NCBI GenBank assembly: GCA_965208905.1
Contig: OZ242365.1
Location: 960,001 to 1,024,000, forward strand
Direction: 5' to 3'
DNA from: Nitrosopumilaceae archaeon
Lineage (GTDB): Archaea > Thermoproteota > Nitrososphaeria > Nitrososphaerales > Nitrosopumilaceae
DNA length: 64,000 nucleotides
Shown: positions 1 through 9,932 of the stretch, piece by piece
Position numbering within the stretch: position 1 is the stretch's first letter
How the letters are laid out: each line of letters starts with the position of its first letter
Notes under the pieces: model-generated
Database searches by the model: none
Seen by the model: only the letters and a program-made list of their open reading frames with translations
What the model was told of the DNA's origin: nothing
Position numbers and translations under genes: made by a program

Positions 1-148
1 CCTGATCACAACTTCCATTCCAGACTCATCTTCCCAGTCTGCTGTTTTGACCTATGTTTCCATTCCATTATATGGGCCCATTTCCAGTTTGGATCAGTTT
101 TTTACTACCCTTGTCCAGATCAGCATTTCTTACCAGTTCCGATAAATA

Positions 149-1027
149 TCAGACTTTATTGGTATGTTTGAGATTTGCAATGAATTCTGGACAGCATTCA
201 ACATACGAACACTCTCTTTTATTATTTACAGATTCAAGAGCACACTTGATTATGGCCGGTACTCTGGAGAGTGACAAATCCATATAATCTGAGAACGCAT
301 AGCCTCCTACTATCACGGGTACGTCGAACTGCTCAACGATCTTTCTAAAGAGACTTTTGGTTGGGTTTATACTGTCCCGTAGACTTGCAGTAATAAATAT
401 AATATCTGGTCTATTTCTATAGATATATCCCAATAGGTCTGTTGCAGGCAATGATCCTAGATTATACACCTTGTACCCCTTACTTACCAAAAAAGTCTCT
501 AATATGTCAGAGGGAATTTTATGTTCCTCGCCAGCCGGCATGCACAATATTACACTAATATTATTTGGTTTACGATTTGCCCTACTCTGTATTACTCTTA
601 TCATACTCTGTACTGTGTTGCTGGCTATATGCTCAGTAGCCACATCTAGTATGCCATCTGCCCATCTCTGCCCTATATTGTATAATACGGGCCGTAATAC
701 TCTTTCAAAGAATACATCAAATCTTCGCCATTGGACTATGGTCTTATTATATATGGCCATACTGCCATCCAAATCCCCTTTGGTTAACGTATTGTATAAC
801 TTTTCTACATAATCTTCATGTGTATTATTATTTTTAGCAGACAGTATCTTTGAGATATCTATTTTATCCTTATATTCGGGCGGTATGTCATTTTTAGTTA
901 TTAAATCTAATTTTCCCAAATATTTTATAATTATCTGTTTGGATGTTCTTTTGTTACTGTCCCAGACGCTCTTTACTAGATATGCATATTCGACACCCTT
1001 TGCCTTTTTAACACGAAGATATGCCAT
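149..1027 (-). CDS. Cobalamin (B12)-binding domain protein, CarH/LitR-like sensor with a non-MerR N-terminal domain
   Basis: W-x9-EH motif (WADGILDVATEH), ExH motif (GEEHKIP), Rossmann B12 domain (YNLG...PDIIFIT...VIVGG); basic beta-rich N-terminus MAYLRVKKAKGVEYAYLV. Confidence 0.8.
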   Translation of the reverse strand: MAYLRVKKAKGVEYAYLVKSVWDSNKRTSKQIIIKYLGKLDLITKNDIPPEYKDKIDISKILSAKNNNTHEDYVEKLYNTLTKGDLDGSMAIYNKTIVQWRRFDVFFERVLRPVLYNIGQRWADGILDVATEHIASNTVQSMIRVIQSRANRKPNNISVILCMPAGEEHKIPSDILETFLVSKGYKVYNLGSLPATDLLGYIYRNRPDIIFITASLRDSINPTKSLFRKIVEQFDVPVIVGGYAFSDYMDLSLSRVPAIIKCALESVNNKRECSYVECCPEFIANLKHTNKV

Positions 1028-1111
1028 AATACATTATATGCCAATTTATTATTTAAATAATGCCTAAGTCGACAACTAGTGCCAAGAACCCCTAATGTAT
1101 GCTGTGCGGTA

Positions 1112-2476
1112 CTATCTTTTTTGTATATGCTCGTGGCATACCCAGACGGTGCCATTTTTGTAATCCAACAACTCTATATTTTTTGCATTTAATTCATCAC
1201 GAATAATGTCTGCCTGCTTATACTCTCCATTCTGGCGCAGGCTATCTCTCTGTACTGTATAATTTTGTATCTGTCTTGCATCTAAAGGCCTGCTTATCTT
1301 TAACCCAAATATCTCTATTATTCGTGCAAGTCTACCATACAGCACACTTGCAGTATCGGGATTTAATCTTCCCTTAGATGCCATCTCGCCCACCTCTTTG
1401 GTTATGTTGCCAAGTACTATGATGGCTTCATGCGTGTTAAGGTTAGACGATAGTGCCTGATCAAACTCATCACACACTACTTTATCATGCCTACTAGCAG
1501 TCTGCTCTAAAGTATAATAACATGACTCTGTCCGACGCCACAAATCTAATGATTCGACCAACAACTCTTCTGTATAATCTATGGGTTTTTGGTAGTGCCC
1601 AGACAGACAAAACAGGCGAAGAGTGTTGGGCCCCCACTCATCAAGTATGTTTCTTGTGGTTTTTATATTTCCCAATGATTTTGACATCTTTTGACCAGAT
1701 ATGGTAACCATGCCAACATGCATCCATACTCGGGCTAATGGGAGTTTGGTACATGCCTCGGTCTGGGCAATCTCGTTTTCATGGTGTGGAAATATTAGAT
1801 CCCGACCGCCACCATGTATGTCGAATGTCTCACCTAAATGTTTCAGACTCATGGCCGAGCACTCTATGTGCCAGCCTGGTCTTCCAGCACCCCATGGACT
1901 CTCCCAGTGTGGCTTTGAGTCTGTCCTCTTCCATAAAGCAAAGTCCACCGTATCGTGTTTATCCTCTTTTGGGTCTATTCGTGTACCAGAGCGCAACTCT
2001 TTGATGTTCTTCTTTGAGAGTATCCCATACTCACTAAAAGACTCCACCATATAGTATACGCCAGACTTGGCTACATACGCATGCTTTAACTCTATTAACT
2101 TTGATATTATGTCGATTATATCTTGTATATGCGTGGTGGCCTGAGGATACATGTCTGCGCGTTTAACGTTTAATCTATCAAAGTCTTGATGATACCTCTC
2201 TATATATGAAAAACTCAGCTCTAATGCATCTACACCCTCTGCCGCTGCCCTCTGAATTATTTTATCATCTATGTCGGTAAAATTTTGTACCATTGTTGTA
2301 TGCCTACCCATGTCCTCTAGATATCTGCGCAACACATCAAAGACGATTATGGTTCGAGCATGTCCTATGTGGGTGTCATCATATGTGGTGACACCACACA
2401 AGTATATTTTGATATTTTTATTATGTAGCTTTATAGGCGTACCGCTCATCGTATCATGTATCTCTATCGAGTCCAC
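1112..2476 (-). CDS. cysS: Cysteinyl-tRNA synthetase
   Basis: YLCGVTTYD, HIGH, GRPGWHIECSAM, DLIFPHHENE, KMSKS motifs. Confidence 0.98.
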   Translation of the reverse strand: MDSIEIHDTMSGTPIKLHNKNIKIYLCGVTTYDDTHIGHARTIIVFDVLRRYLEDMGRHTTMVQNFTDIDDKIIQRAAAEGVDALELSFSYIERYHQDFDRLNVKRADMYPQATTHIQDIIDIISKLIELKHAYVAKSGVYYMVESFSEYGILSKKNIKELRSGTRIDPKEDKHDTVDFALWKRTDSKPHWESPWGAGRPGWHIECSAMSLKHLGETFDIHGGGRDLIFPHHENEIAQTEACTKLPLARVWMHVGMVTISGQKMSKSLGNIKTTRNILDEWGPNTLRLFCLSGHYQKPIDYTEELLVESLDLWRRTESCYYTLEQTASRHDKVVCDEFDQALSSNLNTHEAIIVLGNITKEVGEMASKGRLNPDTASVLYGRLARIIEIFGLKISRPLDARQIQNYTVQRDSLRQNGEYKQADIIRDELNAKNIELLDYKNGTVWVCHEHIQKR

Positions 2477-2519
2477 TGTCGTATTGTAAATTCTCGTATA
2501 TAAAAAATTAAAAAAAGTA

Positions 2520-3341
2520 TCACTCTAGATTCAACGGTATTGATGCAGAACCAAATGATTCACTGATTCTAAAGTGGTACTCTTTGGTATCATCATATAC
2601 AAACGTTGTACCACCATACCCTATATTTGGTCCAAAAATTATCTCGAACTCTCGGCCCTGATCTGGTTTTAGAGTGATACTTCCACTAGTAAAGTCTGTT
2701 GACGCATACTTGTATGCGTTGGTACCATCCGTCACATCATAGTTGCATATTGCAGGGCCTGAACATGATAGTGTAACGTTGTCATCTCCATGGTTTATTA
2801 CATACATACGAATGGTGAGTAGCGGCTGGCCACCTGCGGTATTCTCAAGATGCGCACCAGGGTAGTAATATGTGATGGGGCCCACCACATAAGAAGTAGC
2901 AGTATCGGTGTACTCTTCACGTAGCATCTCCTCTCTGATGGCATTCTCACAGTCCCGTATCTCGTATGCCCTTGTAAACTCAGCGCATACTGCTAGTCTG
3001 TCATCTGATTGTATGGATATTACTCCAATCTGTATCAGATGAGTTATGGCTGCAACAAACTCAGCATCCGATGTTATATCATCTGCCCACCATTTTACAC
3101 TGGTCTTTACCCATTCGGGTATAGTCTCGCTTGTATTCTCACTCTGTATGTCGCCTACGACTATTACATCAATTTCAATCAGATGAGTTATGGCCCCCAC
3201 AAACTCAGCATCCGATGTTATGCCATCTGCCCACCAACCTGCAGTGGCCTTTATCCACTCTGGGATTACATCATCTGATGCTTGTGCTGTGGCAACCCCC
3301 ACTGATATTACTAGTAGTGCTATGTATGGTATTATATTCAT
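2520..3341 (-). CDS. Secreted thaumarchaeal protein with two IPxWIK/WWADG repeats
   Basis: Signal peptide; two IPEW(I/V)K..A/V.WWAD.ITSDAEFV.AITHLI repeats typical of Nitrosopumilaceae exported proteins. Confidence 0.8.
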   Translation of the reverse strand: MNIIPYIALLVISVGVATAQASDDVIPEWIKATAGWWADGITSDAEFVGAITHLIEIDVIVVGDIQSENTSETIPEWVKTSVKWWADDITSDAEFVAAITHLIQIGVISIQSDDRLAVCAEFTRAYEIRDCENAIREEMLREEYTDTATSYVVGPITYYYPGAHLENTAGGQPLLTIRMYVINHGDDNVTLSCSGPAICNYDVTDGTNAYKYASTDFTSGSITLKPDQGREFEIIFGPNIGYGGTTFVYDDTKEYHFRISESFGSASIPLNLE

Positions 3342-3405
3342 TAAATAATTTATGGCCTTTATAGTATATAACTAGTGGTAAAATGTTAACCTAGTGCTAA
3401 AATCA

Positions 3406-3708
3406 TCACACATCAACGTATATGCTGCTGTCTTGTACTTTTACCGGATATGTGCGTAATTTTATGTCTTTTAGATAGTCTATCAGCTCGCCGGTTCGTA
3501 TGTTGTAGTGCCAAAAGTGCAGAGGACATTCTACTATGTCGCCATCCAAATTGCCCGGGGCCAGCGAGCCGTCTTGGTGTACACATATGTCATCAATTGC
3601 ATGGTATCCATCTTGATTGAATACAGCTATCTTGTTGCCATCTATATCAAAGGCCTTGCCCTTGCCAGGTGCTATATCTCCTTGTGTGGCTACCTTCTTC
3701 CAGACCAT
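3406..3708 (-). CDS. Rieske (2Fe-2S) ferredoxin
   Basis: CxH...CPxH motifs (DICVHQ, ECPLHFW). Confidence 0.93.
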   Translation of the reverse strand: MVWKKVATQGDIAPGKGKAFDIDGNKIAVFNQDGYHAIDDICVHQDGSLAPGNLDGDIVECPLHFWHYNIRTGELIDYLKDIKLRTYPVKVQDSSIYVDV

Positions 3709-3740
3709 TACAATGTCATCTATGGCGAGGTATAAAATTT

Positions 3741-4352
3741 TTAGTCATCGTATAGGTGCTTTGTCTCAAAGTCATCTATCTCCTGTGTCATGTGGCCATC
3801 TTCAGTAAGTTTCTCCTGTTCGATTAGTATACGCCTTACCAGTAGCCAGTATATTGTGGCTAAGGAGCGGCGACCCTTGTTGTTTGCTGGTATTACAAGG
3901 TCTACATTTGCTGTTATGTTGTCTGTATTGGCAATGCCTATTACAGGAATACCAGCGTTTGTAGCCTCTATGATGGCCTGCTCGTCTACTTGGGGATCGG
4001 ATACCAGTATGAGCTTGGGCTCTATGTAGTACTTTAAGGATGGGTTTGTCAATGTGCCAGGCATAAATCTGTTGAGTTTCATCTGCGCACCTGTGATCTC
4101 GCAGAACTTTTCAATAGGAGAGTAGGCAAACTCTCGACCACTACATACTAGTACATTTTCAGGACCCACCTTGTTTATGAACCGACCTGCAGCGTCTATG
4201 CGTTGTAGCGTGGTATCCATATCAAACTGGTACATACCGTCCGGATTGGCCATGGTTATGAACGGTGCCATGAACTTTGTCTTGACGTGTGTGCCAACAC
4301 GAATTCCTGTACTTAGTATCTTGCTTTTGACATCTAGCGGTTCCTGCATCAT
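3741..4352 (-). CDS. rps2: 30S ribosomal protein S2
   Basis: GIRVGT, RFMPGTLTNP, VDLVIPANNKGRRSL. Confidence 0.97.
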   Translation of the reverse strand: MMQEPLDVKSKILSTGIRVGTHVKTKFMAPFITMANPDGMYQFDMDTTLQRIDAAGRFINKVGPENVLVCSGREFAYSPIEKFCEITGAQMKLNRFMPGTLTNPSLKYYIEPKLILVSDPQVDEQAIIEATNAGIPVIGIANTDNITANVDLVIPANNKGRRSLATIYWLLVRRILIEQEKLTEDGHMTQEIDDFETKHLYDD

Positions 4353-4356
4353 GTGT

Positions 4357-5592
4357 TTATAACTCTCCTAACCCACGTATTAAATCGTTTCCAGATATTC
4401 GTAGTAATTCGTTCAGTTTGGCGACGCGCTCACCACCTAGTATGCCTGTCTTTAATAGTGTCGAATCAGTAGATATTCCCACATGTGCTATCTGAGAGTC
4501 GTTGGACTCACCAGAGCGGTGTGATGTTATCAGTTTGATGTTGTTCTGTGTGGCCATATCGGCGAACTGCATGGCTTCGTATAGAGAGCCGGCCTGATTT
4601 ACCTTTAGTATGGCAGCATTGCAGGATTTGTCAGATATGGCCTTTTGCAGTATTGTATAATTGGTGACTGTGAGATCATCACCAACTATTAGGACATCTG
4701 GAAACCTTGATGTTAATATGGACATATCTTTGAAGGCCTCTTCATGTACTGCATCTTCGACGTACTTTATTTTGTAACGCTTTATGATATCTGAGACAAA
4801 CTCTATCTGCTCACCTGTACTGTTCTCAAAACCTGCCCTGTCGTAGATGTACCTGTCTTGTTCTTGGTTGTACTGTGTGGATGATGCAAAATCGACACCA
4901 AGTGCGACCTCCTTGCCGAGTGTGTATCCCAATGATTCACAGGCGCGCGCCGATATCTCTAGTGCCTGTTCATTGTTCATGTTGGGCGCCCAACCTCCCT
5001 CATCACTTCGACCTCGTGTAAATGTAATGTCGCGCTCTGCGAGTAACACACCAAGTTGTTTGTGCACATCAATGTTTGTCTGTATGGCATCTCGTATGGA
5101 GCGACTTGCCAGAGTGAATACCAGTATCTCTTGTATGTCTGGCGCTCCATGGCCAGCGTGGGCACCACCACCTAGTATGTTGCCCAGTGGTATGGGGAGT
5201 TTGTAGTGTTCTTTGGAGTGTATGGACTTGTATAGTGGTATGTCTTGTGTGAGGGCGGCCACCTGTGCTGACGCCATAGATACAGCATAGGCAGTAGAGC
5301 CACCAATTACAGAGTAGTTGTCTGTACTATCTATGGTCTTTAGAGCTTCGTATATGGCCTTTTGATCTGTAGACTCTATACCTATGAACTTTGAGGCATT
5401 ATCCTCTAGTATGTCTAGGGACTTTCGCGCACCGCCCTTTGGAAATGCAGCCGCCTCGTATCGGCCCACACTAGCACCAGATGGGGCTGCTGCACGACCA
5501 GTATGAGTCTTTGTGGATATATCTACTTCTATAGTCGATTGGCCTCGACTGTTGTATATTATACGGCCTCGTACAGATGTTATGAGTGTCAA
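4357..5592 (-). CDS. eno: Enolase
   Basis: NSRG..TIEV, APSGASVG, GDDLTVTN, LKVNQAG, SHRSGES. Confidence 0.97.
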   Translation of the reverse strand: MTLITSVRGRIIYNSRGQSTIEVDISTKTHTGRAAAPSGASVGRYEAAAFPKGGARKSLDILEDNASKFIGIESTDQKAIYEALKTIDSTDNYSVIGGSTAYAVSMASAQVAALTQDIPLYKSIHSKEHYKLPIPLGNILGGGAHAGHGAPDIQEILVFTLASRSIRDAIQTNIDVHKQLGVLLAERDITFTRGRSDEGGWAPNMNNEQALEISARACESLGYTLGKEVALGVDFASSTQYNQEQDRYIYDRAGFENSTGEQIEFVSDIIKRYKIKYVEDAVHEEAFKDMSILTSRFPDVLIVGDDLTVTNYTILQKAISDKSCNAAILKVNQAGSLYEAMQFADMATQNNIKLITSHRSGESNDSQIAHVGISTDSTLLKTGILGGERVAKLNELLRISGNDLIRGLGEL

Positions 5593-5825
5593 ATAATTTC
5601 CCGACGTGTCTCTTCGTTTCTTTTGTGCATGGCCTCATAGAATGGTATTACCTGATGTATGGTCTCTACAGTAGTGAGTAGCATTCGGCGGCAACAGTAT
5701 CTGTGTAAACCTAGACTATCTAGTATCTCTCTGGACTCTCTTCCAGCCTTTAACTCCCTTTTGTATGCACTCATCTTATCGGCGATTAAATTTCCACATG
5801 TAAAACATCTAACCGGTACCAGCAT
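5589..5825 (-). CDS. rpoN: DNA-directed RNA polymerase subunit N (Rpo10)
   Basis: MLVPVRCFTCG...RYCCRRMLLT. Confidence 0.97.
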   Translation of the reverse strand: MLVPVRCFTCGNLIADKMSAYKRELKAGRESREILDSLGLHRYCCRRMLLTTVETIHQVIPFYEAMHKRNEETRREII

Positions 5826-5876
5826 ATGGTACAGCTCCCCTCAAGGAATATAAAAACCATACATCATATTTGCCAT

Positions 5877-5961
5877 GCGGGCGTCGCCCAGCCTGGCCAA
5901 AGGCGCTAGCTTGAGGGGCTAGTCTCTTAGGAGTTCGTGGGTTCAAATCCCATCGCCCGCA
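5877..5961 (+). tRNA. tRNA-Leu (anticodon GAG)
   Basis: GCGGGCG/CGCCCGC acceptor stem, anticodon arm CTAGC-TTGAGGG-GCTAG, long variable arm, GGGTTCAAATCCC T-arm, discriminator A. Confidence 0.96.
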
Positions 5962-6529
5962 TCTCTGATATTAGATATTGTCGTCGCCTCTCCTCAGTGA
6001 TTATTGCCCTAGAGTTCTCTAGTGTTATGCGGCATACATCCAGCTTACGCTTTGACTCTTTTAGTATGGTGTTGTATGCGGCAAACGGATACAGGTCTTC
6101 GTATAGTGACTCCATTGTATCAAATGTATTGTAGGCGGTATCTAGGTTGCCATTGCGGATGCAGTTCAGCATGAAGCGTTTCAACTCTCCAATGGTATCT
6201 AGCATGCCTAGTATGTAGGATTCGGGACTAACACCTATCTGGTCTGATGTGGGGATTGTGTTGTGATTTACTATATTGTATAATGTGTAGGCTTCTGTGT
6301 ACTCTTGCTCAACGGTGACTATGTCGCGGGGTATGGCTATGCGTTGTAGTTTGGTCAAGCTGGACTTTATGTTATGTAGCATCTCTTGAGCTTCCTTGCC
6401 ATCTCCTTGGTGTATCTGTATTATGGTCCTGCTACAGTCAGCTATTATACGCCGGGACTCGGAGTGTATCTGCTCTCGAAATCTCTGCGCCTTCTCCATG
6501 TGCTGTATTATATCATCAAAGTGTTCCAT
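5927..6529 (-). CDS. Translin/TRAX-family protein
   Basis: EQEYTEA and SYILGMLDTIGELKR motifs, helical 200 aa; 3' end overlaps tRNA-Leu antisense. Confidence 0.88.
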   Translation of the reverse strand: MEHFDDIIQHMEKAQRFREQIHSESRRIIADCSRTIIQIHQGDGKEAQEMLHNIKSSLTKLQRIAIPRDIVTVEQEYTEAYTLYNIVNHNTIPTSDQIGVSPESYILGMLDTIGELKRFMLNCIRNGNLDTAYNTFDTMESLYEDLYPFAAYNTILKESKRKLDVCRITLENSRAIITEERRRQYLISEMRAMGFEPTNS

Positions 6530-6590
6530 TATGCTACATTACTTGTGACGATTAAAATTGTTGCTGATATGTATATTGTTTTGCTAATAG

Positions 6591-7151
6591 TCAAACTCTT
6601 GCGTACTGTCGTATGGATGAGGCCAAAATCCTTGCTAATCGTATGGATTCAGGTATGCGACCCTGTATGGTTATGCGGTTCAGGAGGCGTCTTGTCTCAT
6701 GTATGGTGCATCCAGATACATGCACATCTAGTGTATGGCCTGTATGCAGATGTACTGTATGTCTATCTGGTAGTGCGTTGTAGATATGGAGCTTTTCAGG
6801 CGGTAATGTATTCGATATGTCTTTGTGGTGCGTATCTGATATTGCCAGTACGGGTATGTTTAATGACTCTGATATGCTGCATACATCCACAATATTGTAT
6901 CTAGATAGTATGCTCCCCCATGTTATGACATATGACACATCGCATCTTGAACGGCACATCTTTAGTATCGTGTCAGTAGAGTCATCACCTGTAACTTTGA
7001 TGGCATCAAAGACAAAACCATCTAGTAGAAGGTCATTTCTCATTATTATGCCCGCAAGGGTAGATGTTGCAGCCGATGCAGAATAGCTCTCGGCAATGGA
7101 TATACCTCGAATTCCATGCTTGTCTAGGTGTAAGTGTCGCATTGTTATCAT
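6591..7151 (-). CDS. DUF99 family (endonuclease V-like) protein
   Basis: GISIAES, GDDSTDTI, YNIVD, GRIPESIRLARILA. Confidence 0.85.
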   Translation of the reverse strand: MITMRHLHLDKHGIRGISIAESYSASAATSTLAGIIMRNDLLLDGFVFDAIKVTGDDSTDTILKMCRSRCDVSYVITWGSILSRYNIVDVCSISESLNIPVLAISDTHHKDISNTLPPEKLHIYNALPDRHTVHLHTGHTLDVHVSGCTIHETRRLLNRITIQGRIPESIRLARILASSIRQYARV

Positions 7152-7197
7152 ACCTGGATGTAATGGTTTTTAAACGGGCTATAGAATAAATCGGTAC

Positions 7198-7662
7198 TTG
7201 AGTGAATACCGCCATATAGTGAGGATACTGGGAAACGACATACCAGGTGATAAAAAGTCCATAGTGGGACTGACACAGATTCGAGGAGTGGGGTATAACT
7301 TTGCCAATGCCATCCTGTTGAAACTAGATATAGACAAGAACTCTAGCATGGGGTATATGAGTGAGGATAATGCCGCACGCATAGAGGAGTTGATACAGAA
7401 CCCACAATCTGCGGGATTTCCGATTTGGTTTTTAAACCGCCGCAAGGATATAGAGACTGGTCAAGATGTGCATCTGTTGACATCAGATATTCAGTTTACA
7501 ATTCGCAAAGATATAGAGAGAGAACGCCAGGTGAACAGCTGGCGTGGATATAGACATCTATACGGTTTGAAGGTACGTGGACAGCGCACCCGCACCACAG
7601 GACGTGGAGGCGGTACGGTGGGAGTGGCAAAAGGAGGAAAGGCCCAGCCAGGCAAGAAGTGA
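7198..7662 (+). CDS. rps13: 30S ribosomal protein S13
   Basis: [36 protein letters not shown]. Confidence 0.98.
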   Translation: MSEYRHIVRILGNDIPGDKKSIVGLTQIRGVGYNFANAILLKLDIDKNSSMGYMSEDNAARIEELIQNPQSAGFPIWFLNRRKDIETGQDVHLLTSDIQFTIRKDIERERQVNSWRGYRHLYGLKVRGQRTRTTGRGGGTVGVAKGGKAQPGKK

Positions 7663-7665
7663 TGA

Positions 7666-8175
7666 ATGATGGGTGACCCAAAGTTTCCACGTAAGGTGTG
7701 GCGTAAACCAGAGCGTCCACTAAATTATGATCTTAAGATGGAGGAGCTACGTACTCTGGGTTCGTTTGGCTTGCGCACAAAGAGAGAACTGTGGAAGGCG
7801 CACACCGAACTGTCTAGAGTGCGACATCAGGCCCGCTCTCTTTTAGCTCTACGACAAGAGGTCCGTGCAGAGCGCGAGCCCATACTTATGAGATCCCTTA
7901 CACGTATAGGTCTGGTAAATGAGGATGCCACACTTGATGATGTATTGAATCTGCAGGTGACTGACCTACTATCTAGAAGACTACAGACTGTGGTGTGGAA
8001 GAATCTAGGATTCAAGTCTCCGTACCAGGCACGTCAGGCAGTGGTACATGGCCATATACTGATAGGTGATCGTATAGTGAACATCCCTTCATATGTGGTG
8101 CGACCCGATGAGGAATCCACAATACGGATAAATCCATCATCAACATTAAAAGTAGAACAAAAGACCAAACAATAA
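7666..8175 (+). CDS. rps4: 30S ribosomal protein S4
   Basis: GDPKFPRK, GLRTKRELW, RRLQTVV, QARQAVVHGHI. Confidence 0.98.
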   Translation: MMGDPKFPRKVWRKPERPLNYDLKMEELRTLGSFGLRTKRELWKAHTELSRVRHQARSLLALRQEVRAEREPILMRSLTRIGLVNEDATLDDVLNLQVTDLLSRRLQTVVWKNLGFKSPYQARQAVVHGHILIGDRIVNIPSYVVRPDEESTIRINPSSTLKVEQKTKQ

Positions 8176-9932
8176 TGTGCTCTATAATTGGATATGTGGG
8201 TAAATCTAATGCTGCACCCATTTTGGTCAAGTCACTACACAGGATGGAGTACAGGGGATATGACAGCGTGGGTGTCGCCACACATGATAATGACTCAATA
8301 TGTATGCGCAAGGGAACTGGCCGCGTACAAGAGGTAAACGACCAAAAGGGTTTGGATGCGCTCTCTGGTGTTACTGGACTGGGACATACCCGTTGGGCTA
8401 CCCATGGTGCCGTAACTGATATCAATGCTCATCCTCACATGAGTAGCTCTGGAGATGTGGCCATCGTACATAATGGCGTTGTAGAGAATCATGAGACATT
8501 ACGTGACAGATTAAAAGAAGATGGCTATACATTTGCAAGCGAAACAGATAGCGAGGTTATAGCCAATCTATTACAGTATCACAAGGATAGAACCGGAGAT
8601 ATCAAAGAGTCACTAATCAATACCATACAGGATATACAAGGCCATTATGCGTTTATAGCGATGTTTGATGATGGCGCTATGGTATCTGCACGATACGGCG
8701 AGCCACTGATAGTGGGCATGGCAGAGAATGGTATCTTTCTGTCTAGTGATGTACTAGGATTCATAGAGCATACCGACGAGGCCATATATCTGGAGAGTGG
8801 CATGTGCTGTATAATACAGAATAACGATGTGCAGATTATGGACTATGCGGGGAATGTTATAAAGCATCGTACCACTACAGTATCAAAGGAGTTTGGCGAT
8901 ACACGCATGGGCGAATACGCCAATTACACACTAAAAGAGATACACGAGCAGCCAAATGCCATACTACGCGCCGGCATGAATTCCCACAAACAGATGGAGC
9001 AAGTATCTGATATGATACGGTCTGCAGGTTTTGCATATGCTACAGGTAGCGGTACTAGTTATAATGCCGCCTTGATAGGCCAAAAGATACTAAGACGGTC
9101 TGCCGGCATACGACTTGAGGTTATACTGTCCAGTGAAATGTCTGCAGAGTCTGATATGCTGCGGTCCGGCGATGTCCTCCTTGCAATATCCCAGAGTGGT
9201 GAGAGCGCCGATGTCTTGGATGCGGTACGCATAGCCAAAAAGGCAGGCTGTGTAATTGTATGTATGGTGAACTCTGTAAACTCATCACTGGCAAAAATAT
9301 CTGATGTGATACTCTTGATGGACTGTGGTCAGGAGATTGGGGTGGCCGCCACAAAGAGTTTCATGGCACAGTGTGGCTTGTTGTTACGTCTAGTCGATAC
9401 ACTGACTGATGGTGCGGGAATTGATCATAATAAAATATCCAATGCAATATCTGATGTAATATCTAACTCTGATATGATCCGTGATGTGGCGTATACACTT
9501 GGTGATACCAAGGATGTCTATGTTTTAGGGCGGGGCATACACCATTCGGTGGCACTTGAGGCCGCCCTGAAGATAAAAGAGTTGACGTATATTCATGCTG
9601 AGGGACTGAACGGTGGCGAGATGAAGCATGGCCCCCTAGCATTGATAGACAAAAGCAGTGTTGTAATCGTAATGAACCCACATGATGATACCTACAATGA
9701 TATGCTGCTTGGCGCCCGTGAGGTGCAGGCTAGAGGCGGTACCATAATAGGAGTATCTGATAAGAGTAGTGATGTATATGACCACTGGATTGGCATACCA
9801 TCTGGTGATGGTGTTACATATTCACTTACAGAGGTTGTGGTCTCCCAACTACTTGCGTATTATGCCGCCCTGGCCCGGGATATCAACCCGGACTATCCTA
9901 GAAACCTGGCAAAGTCAGTCACGGTCAAGTAG
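8175..9932 (+). CDS. glmS: Glutamine--fructose-6-phosphate aminotransferase
   Basis: N-terminal Cys, EYRGYDSVG, GHTRWATHG, SQSGESAD, PRNLAKSVTVK. Confidence 0.98.
   Translation: MCSIIGYVGKSNAAPILVKSLHRMEYRGYDSVGVATHDNDSICMRKGTGRVQEVNDQKGLDALSGVTGLGHTRWATHGAVTDINAHPHMSSSGDVAIVHNGVVENHETLRDRLKEDGYTFASETDSEVIANLLQYHKDRTGDIKESLINTIQDIQGHYAFIAMFDDGAMVSARYGEPLIVGMAENGIFLSSDVLGFIEHTDEAIYLESGMCCIIQNNDVQIMDYAGNVIKHRTTTVSKEFGDTRMGEYANYTLKEIHEQPNAILRAGMNSHKQMEQVSDMIRSAGFAYATGSGTSYNAALIGQKILRRSAGIRLEVILSSEMSAESDMLRSGDVLLAISQSGESADVLDAVRIAKKAGCVIVCMVNSVNSSLAKISDVILLMDCGQEIGVAATKSFMAQCGLLLRLVDTLTDGAGIDHNKISNAISDVISNSDMIRDVAYTLGDTKDVYVLGRGIHHSVALEAALKIKELTYIHAEGLNGGEMKHGPLALIDKSSVVIVMNPHDDTYNDMLLGAREVQARGGTIIGVSDKSSDVYDHWIGIPSGDGVTYSLTEVVVSQLLAYYAALARDINPDYPRNLAKSVTVK

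Noticed and set aside
1069-1101. TGCCAAGAACCCC (reverse complement GGGGTTCTTGGCA) resembling an IS6-like end upstream of the B12 gene
   Set aside because: No partner TIR or TSD is visible inside the window.
7198-8175. rps13-rps4 not followed by rps11-rpoD
   Set aside because: Fragmentation of this operon is, to my knowledge, ordinary in Thaumarchaeota.
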